DNA of 63,389 nucleotides, the filler included, from Octopus bimaculoides (lineage: Eukaryota), in assembly GCF_001194135.2 (NCBI RefSeq). It is 5 parts of 5 records of this genome, joined end to end, with 100 filler letters (N's around TTAATTAATTAA, not from the genome) between each part and the next. Parts side by side here need not be neighbours in the genome. Positions count along the whole stretch, not along the records: positions 34,778 to 63,389 come from NC_068985.1; 4 more parts are not named here. One strand, 5' to 3'. The translations under genes were made by a program, and so were the position numbers. Each line of letters starts with the position of its first letter. Position 1 is the stretch's first letter. The notes under the pieces were generated by a model. It had not been told where the DNA came from. It made no database searches and saw only the letters and a list, made by a program, of their open reading frames with translations. Shown in pieces: positions 51,875 through 63,389 of the stretch.

Positions 51875-52389
51875 CGCCATATAATCCCTTATAAATTTAT
51901 TATGTGTGGGGTTTTTCAGAAAATATTTGCGATTTTGTGTTCTGCACACCAGAATTCATACGATTGTGCAAAAACCATAAAAGAAGTTTTGGTACGTGAT
52001 ATAAGGCCTACTTAGCTGTTATTTTTAGCACTTCTCACGATCACCTCGTACCTTCCTCATTTGTTTGTCAGTTTGACGTATTGAGATTTTTTATTATCTT
52101 CCTTCCCATAAACAGACTTATTGGTCTATTGCTGAGATTTAAGCCACAAATTCGAACAGTCCGGATTTTAAACAGTGATTTGAAAAGAAAATTTCGAAAA
52201 GTAACCAAAAGAATAAAAGTAATTTCGAACAATTTTTTTAATTCGAAAAATTAAAAGAACTCCAAAATCTAAAAGAAAAAGAAAAAAAATCTTGTCATAA
52301 TAGTGTGAATTCCGGTGTGTAGAATACAAATTCGAGAAAATTTTCTGAAATTTCAAGACCTAAAAAAAGTTATGAGGGTTTATATGGCG
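51875..52389. repeat. diverged long inverted repeat (arms 51875-51965 and 52299-52389), foldback/MITE-like
   Basis: CGCCATATAATCCCTTATAA...TTTCAGAAAAT...CACACCAGAATTCA versus the reverse complement CGCCATATAAACCCTCATAA...TTTCAGAAAAT...CACACCGGAATTCA. Confidence 0.7.
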
Positions 52390-52757
52390 TACTTAAGGCA
52401 GAATTCCTCCGCGAAACTTTCGTATTTGATTGTTGAATGTGTAAAATCTGTCCCGCAGATCCCAATCCCGTACTTCACCGGTCTCTTTTTCTCTCCTGTT
52501 CCATACAGAGAATGCTACAGATACCAAGGTATTGATAAAAACATATCATACGAAAAAAGACAGAGTGCCTTGTGAACATTATACTGGACAATTGGCTCTC
52601 TAAATATATCTAGATAATATCCCACAATGCATTTGTAGTACCAGTACTCATGCCAGTACTTATCTCTGTTCATCATTCTGTCAGCCTCCAGGAAACAAAC
52701 AGCCAAACTGTTTGTATGTACATCTATATATATACATACAAATATATGCACACATAT

Positions 52758-52794
<37 letters not shown>

Positions 52795-52944
52795 CAAATA
52801 TATGCACACATATGTTTATATATATATATATATATTACGTGATCACGTTACCGACCAAGGCATCAGATGGTGTTACATCTCGCTGGTCTCAATGCGCTTT
52901 GTAAACAACACATCTGGCAAGCGTAAACAACAGGATGGATATAG

Positions 52945-53340
52945 TTGTTTATCATGCTGATGTGAAATCCTTTTTGAGAATCAAAGATAAAAGCGGTAAA
53001 TATGGACAACTGCTCTGAAATTTCCATCTTCTATACGCAATTTAACATTTCTAGCACAATTCTGTGTTTCTGCACTAATTCTACAGATTAGAATTGCCAT
53101 ATTTGCTTTGTGGAAACATACCTACTTGACAATCTGGATAATCTCGAGTTTTCAGAAGAAGAAAAGACTCAACCAGCTAATTCACACATTTTAAATACAA
53201 GTAAAATATGCAAGACTTTTCTCAATTTTAAAATGTGAATTTGCGTCTTCACCTGCGTTTCAACGATAGAGCTTTCTATCATTGTTAGAAACTAGCTCCT
53301 TTCTCAGAAGACGGTTAGAACGAATCAAAATAGAAGACGA
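52945..53340 (+). pseudogene. RLE-type (R4/NeSL-like) non-LTR element 3' end, decayed
   Basis: IKDKSGKYGQLL..NLDNLEFSEEE..SKICKTFLNFKM*; its 3' UTR is homologous to the 57744 copy and ends at (CATA)n. Confidence 0.7.
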
Positions 53341-53770
53341 CATACATACATACATATTTACAAAGCTACGTATGTATGTATGTATGTATGTATGTATGTA
53401 TGTATGTATGTATGTATGTATCTATTTATCTATCTACNNNNNNNNNNNNNNNNNNNNNNNNNNNNNNNNNNNNNNNNNNNNNNNNNNNNNNNNNNNNNNN
53501 NNNNNNCAGCTAATTCACACATTTTAAATACAAGTAAAATATGCAAGACTTATCTCAATTTTAAAATGTGAATTTGCGTCTTCACCTGCGTTTCAACGAT
53601 AGAGCTTTCTATCATTGTTAGAAACTAGCTCCTTTCTCAGAAGACGGTTAGAACGAATCAAAATAGAAGACGACATACATACATACATATTTACAAAGCT
53701 ACGTATGTATGTATGTATGTATGTATGTATGTATGTATGTATGTATGTATGTATCTATTTATCTATCTAC
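53174..53770. repeat. 264-bp direct duplication across a gap (53174-53437 = 53507-53770), probable assembly overlap
   Basis: Identical except GACTTTT vs GACTTAT; each copy abuts the N run. Confidence 0.85.
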
Positions 53771-54397
53771 CAACTAACCTACCTGTCTGACTACCTACTT
53801 ATCTTCCTACGTCCATGCAAGGGCATAGACAGTTCCTTATTGTTCATATGTTAAAGTGATAATGAAATACTATACAAATACAATCGAGAAGCATACAGAA
53901 TGCACATGCTTATACATTTTTTAAAAAATGTATATATTTTACAGCTACTTTTTAAGATACGAATACATTGATAAAAATCTTAGAAATAAGTAACAAAAGA
54001 GTATACACAGATTTCTAAAATGCACAACATGTCAAATGTTTATCAGGAATAAAATAGTTCGTCATAACGTCACCAGCTGATATGGAATTACGGGTAGCAT
54101 CTGTAGTCTTCTTCCCATTAACTTATGCATTATTGCTGCAAAAGAACAATGCCTCGAGGATTATACGCAGGAACTACCTCATGTAGTTTATTGAAATAAA
54201 AAATACAAACAAAATTGAAACAGTTAATTAGTGCTGCTTATATTCTCTTTAGGGCGTGAAAATTGTATTAGAAATTTTAAAATTTGATATTAGAATTTAT
54301 TTCTTTTAGTGATGAATCCCTGTGTTATTACATCCAAGATTTATATATATATGATACACATTCCCAAAATATTGAGACGTTTCTAGGAGAGCAATTT

Positions 54398-54585
54398 GAG
54401 TTCCCAAACTGAATGGGACGCTGGTCCGTCGCATGAATACTCATTTTTACATGCTGAGTTGACTAGATAAACGTGGAATGAAATGATTTACTCAAGAACA
54501 CGACGTATCACCCGGTCGAGGAATCGAAACCACAATCTTACGATCATGAATGTAACACGCAAACCACTAAGCCCCGCGTATCCAC
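54398..54585 (-). mobile_element. tRNA-derived SINE related to 43180-43432
   Basis: Reverse complement GTGGATACGCGGGGCTTAGTGGTTTGCG...GGTTTCGATTCC. Confidence 0.7.
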
Positions 54586-54769
54586 ATGTTAAACAAGTAC
54601 AATGCATTAGTTTCCTTCAAACTTGGATCTACTGACACCAATGCACATATTGGCTCGCTCTAGCCCCTGTGTGAGGACCCTTTGGGAGACTGCCGAACTG
54701 AAGTGTCTTGGACCCTTGTCACAGCCACCTTCGTCTTCTCAATATTTTCAAAACTGTTTCCTATTTTGT

Positions 54770-54988
54770 TTATTGCCTACAAGAGGCTGAACATAGAAGG
54801 GACAAACAAGGACAGATAAAGGGATTAAGTCGATTACATCGACCCCAGTGCGTAACTGGTACTTAATTTATCGACCCCGAAAAAATGAAAAGCAAAGTCC
54901 ACCTCGGCGGAATTTGAACGTAACGGCAGACGAATACTGCTAAGCATTTCGCCCAGTGTGCTAACGTTTCTGCCAACTGGCCGCCTTC
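54770..54988 (-). mobile_element. SINE family 2
   Basis: GTCGATTACATCGACCCCAGTGCGTAACTGGTACTTAATTTATCGACCCCGAAA...TCTGCCAACTGGCCGCCTT. Confidence 0.85.
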
Positions 54989-56129
54989 AAAACGGTTTCC
55001 ATTGAGTTTCTACTTCAGCTTAGAAAACAACCAGCAGTTACAAAGTGCATGATCTTGAGTGTAAGGAAGGGGAAAGACATTTCTGATACCTATGTCTACC
55101 TAGTAGTTCGTCATCAGGATGGACAAGTGGACTGATGTATTATCTTGGTGCAGATGCTACCTGATCGAAAGAGCTTTGTTTTTTTTTTGGAGCGACATCA
55201 CACTCTGAACTCCCTCAAAATCCCCACAAAGTACTCGTGTTTGACCGTGTAGCAAGAAAGGAAAGCGGTGCATGGAAATGATTCTTTGCTATCGAAAAGA
55301 GTGGATCATCATGACGCTTCATCTGGACTTGATTTTCCTAGCCTTCATCATTCTATGCATGTAAAGATGCTTCCACTGGTCACTTTGTCTCTTGGTCTCT
55401 GGAATATAGCAATAGATTCAGCTTTCCTCACACGTCACTAGAAATTCAAGTATTCTTAGGTTGGTGATAATCAACTGAAACATCTCAATTTCGTCACCAA
55501 CGCATCTTTCCTTCCGTTCGTCATTGAGCAGCAGAAGAACAGACAAATTTTGCGCATGTTCACATTTTCGTGAATATCTGTACTGTGACCACACCAACTC
55601 CAGAGAAGCTCTTCCTTTAGAAAATTTTGAATTTTCACCACAAGCTATGATGTTCTGTCTTTCCTTAAACTCTAGTACATTTCATTATCTCCCATTTTAG
55701 TCCTTGGCCTACTTATGCCAGCGAATAATATACTTCACTCACACAAGTTAATCCACAACGAGTCTGAAGTATTTAATATGTAACTCTAGTGTTTTTGCCC
55801 AGTTTAATATAAGCATTTTTTCGCATAGCAACCTTCCAAATTGTATTCACGTCCGGGCATCATTTTGCGTGCTAGTCAGCTGTGACAAGCTGTTTTTATT
55901 AGAACCTCTTCAAAGTACTCCATCAATCTGGATGTCAGCTAATAAGATGTTCAGCTAAATTAGCAAAATTACAATAAGCTAAGACAGTTATGTGTCTCAT
56001 AAAAAGAAGTCTTTAACGCACCATAAATAAATTCACACACACACACACACACACATACACATACACACACATGTACATACTTATATATATATATATATAT
56101 ATACAAATATTGGTTTATTCTTTTTGTTA

Positions 56130-56345
56130 TTTCTTATTTTATTTTGAATGTTTTCGTGATTTGACTGCGATCATTCTGGAGCACTACCTTAAAGGGTTTT
56201 AGCCAACGAAATCGACCCCATGACTTATTCTTTGTAAGCCTAGTACTTATTCTATCGGTGTCTTTTACCGAACCGCTATGGTACGGGGATATAAACGCCA
56301 GCATCGGTTGTCAAGCAATGGTGGGGTGGGACAAACAAAGACACA
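56130..56345 (-). mobile_element. 3' half of OR2-like SINE running into microsatellite and gap
   Basis: TGACTGCGATCATTCTGGAGCAC...AAGCCTAGTACTTATTCTATCGG...CAGCATCGGTTGTCAAGCAATG. Confidence 0.8.
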
Positions 56346-57743
56346 CATAACAATTATACATACATACAGACATACATATATATAGAAGCGTGGAATATAT
56401 ATATATGTATANNNNNNNNNNNNNNNNNNNNNNNNNNNNNNNNNNNNNNNNNNNNNNNNNNNNNNNNNNNNNNNNNNNNNNNNNNNNNNNNNNNNNNNNN
56501 NNNNNNNNNNNNNNNNNNNNNNNNNNNNNNNNNNNNNNNNNNNNNNNNNNNNNNNNNNNNNNNNNNNNNNNNNNNNNNNNNNNNNNNNNNNNNNNNNNNN
56601 NNNNNNNNNNNNNNNNNNNNNNNNNNNNNNNNNNNNNNNNNNNNNNNNNNNNNNNNNNNNNNNNNNNNNNNNNNNNNNNNNNNNNNNNNNNNNNNNNNNN
56701 NNNNNNNNNNNNNNNNNNNNNNNNNNNNNNNNNNNNNNNNNNNNNNNNNNNNNNNNNNNNNNNNNNNNNNNNNNNNNNNNNNNNNNNNNNNNNNNNNNNN
56801 NNNNNNNNNNNNNNNNNNNNNNNNNNNNNNNNNNNNNNNNNNNNNNNNNNNNNNNNNNNNNNNNNNNNNNNNNNNNNNNNNNNNNNNNNNNNNNNNNNNN
56901 NNNNNNNNNNNNNNNNNNNNNNNNNNNNNNNNNNNNNNNNNNNNNNNNNNNNNNNNNNNNNNNNNNNNNNNNNNNNNNNNNNNNNNNNNNNNNNNNNNNN
57001 NNNNNNNNNNNNNNNNNNNNNNNNNNNNNNNNNNNNNNNNNNNNNNNNNNNNNNNNNNNNNNNNNNNNNNNNNNNNNNNNNNNNNNNNNNNNNNNNNNNN
57101 NNNNNNNNNNNNNNNNNNNNNNNNNNNNNNNNNNNNNNNNNNNNNNNNNNNTATATACGTGAACTTATTACAGACAAATTATATTAAATAACTTACAAAC
57201 ATTTATATAATTTTCATTATGATTAACTCTCCCAGTCATAATGCGTGAAACCAGAATGCTTCTTAAATATCATTCATCCAATTTAAATGTAAAACGATTA
57301 ATTTACTTTTTAAAGATTAATTTATTTTCTACCTTCTGTGGCATTTGAATCTCTTTATAAACTTTTCATCGACAGAAGAATTTAGATAAGTATATTTTCC
57401 TAACAAGTACTTTCTATAAACTCCCATCTACAAGATTTCAGTGCAAAGCTGTGTGTATGTATGTACGTATGTATATATCTATGTATATATGTATATATGA
57501 ATTTGTCTCATTGGATGCGCGTGTGTGGATGTGTGAAGGGTGCGTGTGTGTCTTTGGCAAAGGGAACAAATAATTGTAAAATGGTAGGAAAAGGAAAATA
57601 CTGATGAAAGTGGAGGGAATAAAAGTGGAAGGCAAACAGAATTTCACGTCATAAACAACCGTTTCTGTATAACATACAGATTCTTGTATTGCACTGCCAT
57701 GAAATTTCATTATATGTTTGTATCTATGTACATATGTATGTAT

Positions 57744-58131
57744 GTCTCTCTATTTTCTAATTATTATAAATCTTGCGCCGAGGATGGAGCCAGTTTTGAA
57801 CAAAGATACAAGGCTCTATTCTTGGGATGTAGTTAACACAGACAAGTTCTCATTTGGAACTTGAGAAACGTCTTGCATATTTTTACTGTTCCACTCACAG
57901 ATAGCACTTGTAATGTACGAGTTAGCCAATTTCTCTTTCTGAAAATCCCAGTTTATCCAGGTTCTTTTTTAAGCATTTACTAAGAAAACCTAGTGCTCCA
58001 ATTATTATTGGTATTAGTATGAATTCATAGTCTTGATATAGAAGCTGAAGGTTTCGAAGCAGTTGTCCATACACATCCTCTTTTTCTTTGATTTTCAAAG
58101 AGATATTTGTGTCTGCAGGGCAGTTAACCTC

Positions 58132-58133
<2 letters not shown>
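57744..58133 (-). pseudogene. RLE-type (R4/NeSL-like) non-LTR element, 5'-truncated 3' end
   Basis: IEVNCPAD.NISLKIKEKEDVYGQLLRNLQLLYQDYEFILIPIIIGALGF (restriction-like endonuclease E..K region); flanked by (TA)n and (CATA)n. Confidence 0.8.
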
Positions 58134-58193
<60 letters not shown>

Positions 58194-60024
58194 GATGCAA
58201 GACGAGTCGAAACGATCGTCGTACAATATAAAGAGTTATAACAATTCTAACTTTTGTTTACTTAATTGATTATTGTCTGAACTAACACTGCACAATTCCT
58301 GTAGTAGATCTAAAAGAAATACACCCCGACTGCGGATGGCACCATGAAATCCAAACTGTGCCACTGCTTTACTCAATACATCAGCACATTATTTGACATG
58401 TATTCATTAGTCCAAAATTTCCCCCACCCAAACACACAAACATGCCTGTGCGTGTGCATGAACGAGCATATTGTTTTCAAACTTAAATCATAGTTACATT
58501 TTTATACTACGTTACTGTTCACATCGTTATTCCCTCTCCTGCTTCAAATCACATTACTTTAATTCGGTCACTCTTTACTTGTTTGCAACAAGATATTAAC
58601 GGGCCATCATTCAACTCATCATTAATTTTGTATTAATGCAATGCAGATTAGCTGTGAAATATCTAACTTTGATTAGTGTTATTACTTTGTCATAGTTATC
58701 TCGCAAATTAAACTTGACTAAAATCGAAGTGAAATTAAGCGTGTACATTCAATATGCCTTTAAACTAAATTAAATAACTTTCAAAGTAAAAAATATTATC
58801 ATAATAACAGAAATATACAATTATAATAAACTTTAATCGTGAAGAAAACTAAAATATTTGGGCTGCTCAATATATATTTGGGGTTGGTTGGGCCACAACA
58901 TCTCGCGGTTCTACTTTTCCGTTTCTCTTTGTACTGAGTTCTGGAGAAGTCAAATCATGGTTTCCTTCTTTTGAGTTGCATTGATTCTTAAATACCGATG
59001 TCACCGTACACGTATCGTTATGCTCATAGTATACAAGGGATAGGTCTCTATTAACCTGTACGGTGCATATTCGTTTTCTCTTATAATAAACGATCTTCTC
59101 GGATTATTTCGGCATCGAACGTATAACTCCCTTGGTTATATAATGCCTTTGACGCTGGGCTACAAATTCACATGATTGTATAACCTAAGATTTTGTCCTA
59201 TTTTGGAGATTTCTCACCTTCCTTCATATTTTGTTTTGAGGCATGGTATATTTGATAGTGACTTGAACAGTCTCATCATCTCTCGTACTCTTCATATAGT
59301 CATACTGTACACTGGAATGGTGCTTAGTCTTGACTTATGTTTTCTTTTGATATACCGTTGTTGGCTATTCTCTTTCCTACATCGCATTTACTCATACCGC
59401 TGGTCATAATCGCCGGAGAAGAAGATCATTCAGCATCCAGGTGAATTTCTGACACTGACGATGAGCTCTTCCGACTACGAAACATCATCCAGCGCTGTTG
59501 CTAAAACGGCAGCAACTTTGTGATCTATTTGTATTTCATTTATTCTCCGGACAAAACTATCTAGACTGATTCATGCTGCCACATATATAACACTTAAATC
59601 TTCTGCTGTTTTCCATCAACAAAATTGTTTTCTTTTCTCTGAAGTGTTCCTGCTGTCGTAAGAGGCCATAAAGACTTGAAACACCATGCAATCCAAACCA
59701 AATAAAACTTTTATGGACAACGTTATCCAGACCATGTAAAATATTTCGTTATCTTCCTCATGAAATGAACGTCTTGCTCCACACACGTAAAAATTAACCT
59801 AGAATCTACACCGCACTTACTGCCTTATATTGTTCCTTTTGAGTTACATTGAATCGTACATTAGTGTATGCGAGGAGGAGTTGGTGCTCCAACTAAAGTT
59901 TATCTTTATATATATNNNNNNNNNNNNNNNNNNNNNNNNNNNNNNNNNNNNNNNNNNNNNNNNNNNNNNNNNNNNNTTCTAACTTCCGGTCAGCCATTGT
60001 TATGATCAGCCATTATTATGATTG

Positions 60025-60212
60025 ACCGTTGACTGGACACTATTCAATTTTTTTTCTCCGTGTTTTTCTCCTTGTCTCCGTATTCTTTCTGTTGAAGAGC
60101 GTAGCTCGAAACGTCAAAGACTTTCCGTATTCCCGAGCGTCATACTAATACATCCTTTTGTTATTTACACCACCTGTCCTCGTCTGTTGTTGTTTTTTCG
60201 TATATTCTCCCA
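60025..60212 (+). mobile_element. ~187-bp dispersed element with a variant HHR motif (60084-60120)
   Basis: TCTTT-CTGTTGA-A-GAGC/GTA/GCTC-GAAAC-GTC-AAAGA; ends in (TA)n. Confidence 0.85.
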
Positions 60213-60462
60213 TATATATATATATATTTATATTACTGTTGGCGTCATGTTCTTAAGATATAACTGAGATTTTAAATGCCAGAAAATATAAAACCTGAAA
60301 ATTTTCTTGTCATTCTCAAGATATTGGCGGCAACTTCCCACAGATAAATGCTCTTTATTGGTAAGTGGTCGAAAGAAAAAAAAAAGATATTTTGTAATTC
60401 TCGAAAAAGAAAATGGCCAAGTTGGATCCAACAGAAATGCGTCTACTCACAAGAGCAGGTAT

Positions 60463-60463
60463 G

Positions 60464-60552
<89 letters not shown>

Positions 60553-60578
60553 CGCCGCTGTTGCCGCCGCTGTTGCCG

Positions 60579-60639
<61 letters not shown>

Positions 60640-60659
60640 TACTACTTCTACTACTACTT

Positions 60660-60707
<48 letters not shown>

Positions 60708-60708
60708 T
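60463..60708. repeat. compound trinucleotide array (ACT)n-(GCT)n-(GCC/GTT)-(ACT)n
   Basis: Directly visible. Confidence 0.95.
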
Positions 60709-60841
60709 AATCATCGTCAGCGTCTCCATCATCGTCATAATTATGTAATAATCTGTGTGAAATATAACAACTGTATATATATGCATGTGTGTGCCTGTAT
60801 CTATATATATGTATGTAAATAAATATACATGTGCGTGTGTA

Positions 60842-60907
<66 letters not shown>

Positions 60908-62524
60908 TGTCTGTCTGTCTGTGCGAATATATAGAAATATGAAATGAAAGAGTGAGGGAGGTAAGAAAGAAGAGTTCGTAAGTGAAAGGAGGGTTTTAAA
61001 AAGAAACGGATGAATAAAATATCTCCTGATTCGAAGAACGAATGTGAGGAGTTGTAGACGAGTATATTTAACAAATGTGATTCTGAAAAGCACTGAGTGA
61101 CAATGAAGCGATGATGTAATGACAGCATTCTTGATAGATACGTATTTAAAACATATATACGCCGAGATAATTATAGAATCCATTTGTTCAGAATGAAAAT
61201 CCATTTTCCTTTTTGAATTTCATTCAAATTATTTAGCCATTCGTAATTCAGTTTTCTATAAACAGTGAATGCATTTAGGAAGCCACACACAAATACGCAA
61301 ACACATAAACAGACAAACACAAGCACGTAGACGTATATGTGTAGACACACATATTCACGCTCACAGATACAGACGCATATGAACCATGTACACACAGATA
61401 AAACCCTGCAGACTTATAATCCATCTTTCGTCTCTCTGTCTCTTTCGCTCTCTGTCCCTTTCTCTCCCTCTCACTCTTTCTGTCTTCATCTGTCTTTCAC
61501 TTTTTTCATATCTCTAACTCACTAAATCTCTTTAACATACACACATTTTCAGGGAAACAAAGCTACCTATAGCGCTAGGCAACTATATTCGAACTTACAA
61601 CCACAGACAGGCAGACAGACAGACAGACAGACACACACACACACNNNNNNNNNNNNNNNNNNNNNNNNNNNNNNNNNNNNNNNNNNNNNNNNNNNNNNNN
61701 NNNNNNNNNNNNNNNNNNNNNNNNNNNNNNNNNNNNNNNNNNNNNNNNNNNNNNNNNNNNNNNNNNNNNNNNNNNNNNNNNNNNNNNNNNNNNNNNNNNN
61801 NNNNNNNNNNNNNNNNNNNNNNNNNNNNNNNNNNNNNNNNNNNNNNNNNNNNNNNNNNNNNNNNNNNNNNNNNNNNNNNNNNNNNNNNNNNNNNNNNNNN
61901 NNNNNNNNNNNNNNNNNNNNNNNNNNNNNNNNNNNNNNNNNNNNNNNNNNNNNNNNNNNNNNNNNNNNNNNNNNNNNNNNNNNNNNNNNNNNNNNNNNNN
62001 NNNNNNNNNNNNNNNNNNNNNNNNNNNNNNNNNNNNNNNNNNNNNNNNNNNNNNNNNNNNNNNNNNNNNNNNNNNNNNNNNNNNNNNNNNNNNNNNNNNN
62101 NNNNNNNNNNNNNNNNNNNNNNNNNNNNNNNNNNNNNNNNNNNNNNNNNNNNNNNNNNNNNNNNNNNNNNNNNNNNNNNNNNNNNNNNNNNNNNNNNNNN
62201 NNNNNNNNNNNNNNNNNNNNNNNNNNNNNNNNNNNNNNNNNNNNNNNNNNNNNNNNNNNNNNNNNNNNNNNNNNNNNNNNNNNNNNNNNNNNNNNNNNNN
62301 NNNNNNNNNNNNNNNNNNNNNNNNNNNNNNNNNNNNNNNNNNNNNNNNNNNNNNNNNNNNNNNNNNNNNNNNNNNNNNNNNNNNNNNNNTATATATATTT
62401 ATATATGTAGCGAATGTATAAGGTTTAGTATATATTATTTACTCTTGTTTGTTATAGTATGTGTGTGTAATTATATACACCACACACACACACACACACA
62501 CAAACACACACGCGCGCACACTCA

Positions 62525-62560
<36 letters not shown>

Positions 62561-62997
62561 CACACACATACTTAGACTCTCACAGTCACAGACATATCGA
62601 GATTCTTTGACAGACAACCGTAGAAATACAGAAACACTGGAGCTGAAAGCACATTAAATATTCATTTTTCTCTTCTGTATACATAGACATATATATATGT
62701 GCGTGCGTGTGTGTATGTGCGTATGTATGCTTGTGGGCATATTATTTCACGTGTATTTGCAATATACACCTGAAAATTACCAATGATCTCCAGGGGCGGA
62801 CCTTTGTGTAATAAGCGTGAAATAAGAGACTGGTGCTTAAAAGAATTCAGTTTTGTAAAACTAAATCTGAGATACACTGGAGACGTAAACTAATACTTCA
62901 ATTTTTTCCGTATAGAACTTGAATTTCTAACAGAACTCAACAATAATATTCACGCCATTTCCGAATATTCATAATATAGAGAACAATTAATTGTTTT

Positions 62998-63116
62998 CTT
63001 TCTTTCTTTCTTTCTTTCTTTCTTTCATTCATTTTATTTCTCTCTTTAGTTATTATTCAATAAACTTCAGTCCATCCCTTTCTGTAACTAAATGTTAAAT
63101 GAAGAAAAAATAAATA

Positions 63117-63156
<40 letters not shown>

Positions 63157-63157
63157 A
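62998..63157. repeat. (CTTT)n and (GAAA)n tetranucleotide tracts
   Basis: Directly visible at ~62998-63026 and ~63115-63157. Confidence 0.85.
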
Positions 63158-63389
63158 GGTGCAGACTTCGCTGTGTATTAGTTATTAATAGTGTTAGGAA
63201 GTATTCTGAGACGCAGAAATATATTTAGAAATAATTGTAATATCTTCTATACACTAAAGAAAACATGGCTGATATATTTAAAGTTATAAACCTCGAATGA
63301 GTTAAATATTATGTAATACAGAATCACTATCAAAGTATATATGTCAGTTTGACCAGGTGAAAGAAGTACTAAATCTCAGGATCAAACTA

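Noticed and set aside
53174-53770. Tandem duplication of the RLE-LINE tail
   Set aside because: Two 264-bp copies with one difference sit either side of a gap, which is typical of unmerged contig or haplotype overlap.
55070-55120. Minus-strand CTGATGA...GAAAT-GTC as a hammerhead
   Set aside because: No stem I complementarity and no clear stem II.
55330-55760. Possible decayed LINE endonuclease on the minus strand
   Set aside because: No motif was recognisable with confidence in any frame.
59450-59495. CTGACGA...GAAAC as another hammerhead
   Set aside because: Neither stem I nor stem II pairs.
60307-61204. Long ORFs (171, 257 and 253 aa) over the triplet array
   Set aside because: They stay open only because of the (ACT)n/(GCT)n/(CA)n repeats and encode homopolymers.

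Overview
AT-rich, repeat-dense, gap-rich eukaryotic genomic DNA from a draft scaffold. The SINE content and microsatellite load suggest an octopus-like cephalopod (inference). I can recognise no intact host gene, and almost all ORFs in the track are microsatellite or N-run artefacts. The window holds several tRNA-derived SINE families, decayed LINE pieces (RTE, Tx1/L1, CR1/L2-group, RLE-type), decayed mariner transposons and MITEs. Four 100-bp contig joins carry an artificial TTAATTAATTAA spacer. The most interesting signal is three unrelated families of small non-coding elements that each carry a minimal type-I hammerhead ribozyme (HHR) motif: (i) a ~355-bp unit in tandem plus inverted arrangement at 30.5-31.4 kb, retrozyme or Penelope-pLTR-like; (ii) a tRNA-headed, Pol III-type element with an HHR tail, an inverted 158-bp copy and a 13-bp TSD at 12.1-12.6 kb; (iii) a ~187-bp dispersed family with a variant CUGUUGA core at 32.5, 40.2 and 60.0 kb. 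Also notable is an ORF1-only Tx1/L1-like element inserted, with a 13-bp TSD, into the tRNA head of a SINE. Ribozyme folds and family names were assigned by eye and need computational and biochemical confirmation.
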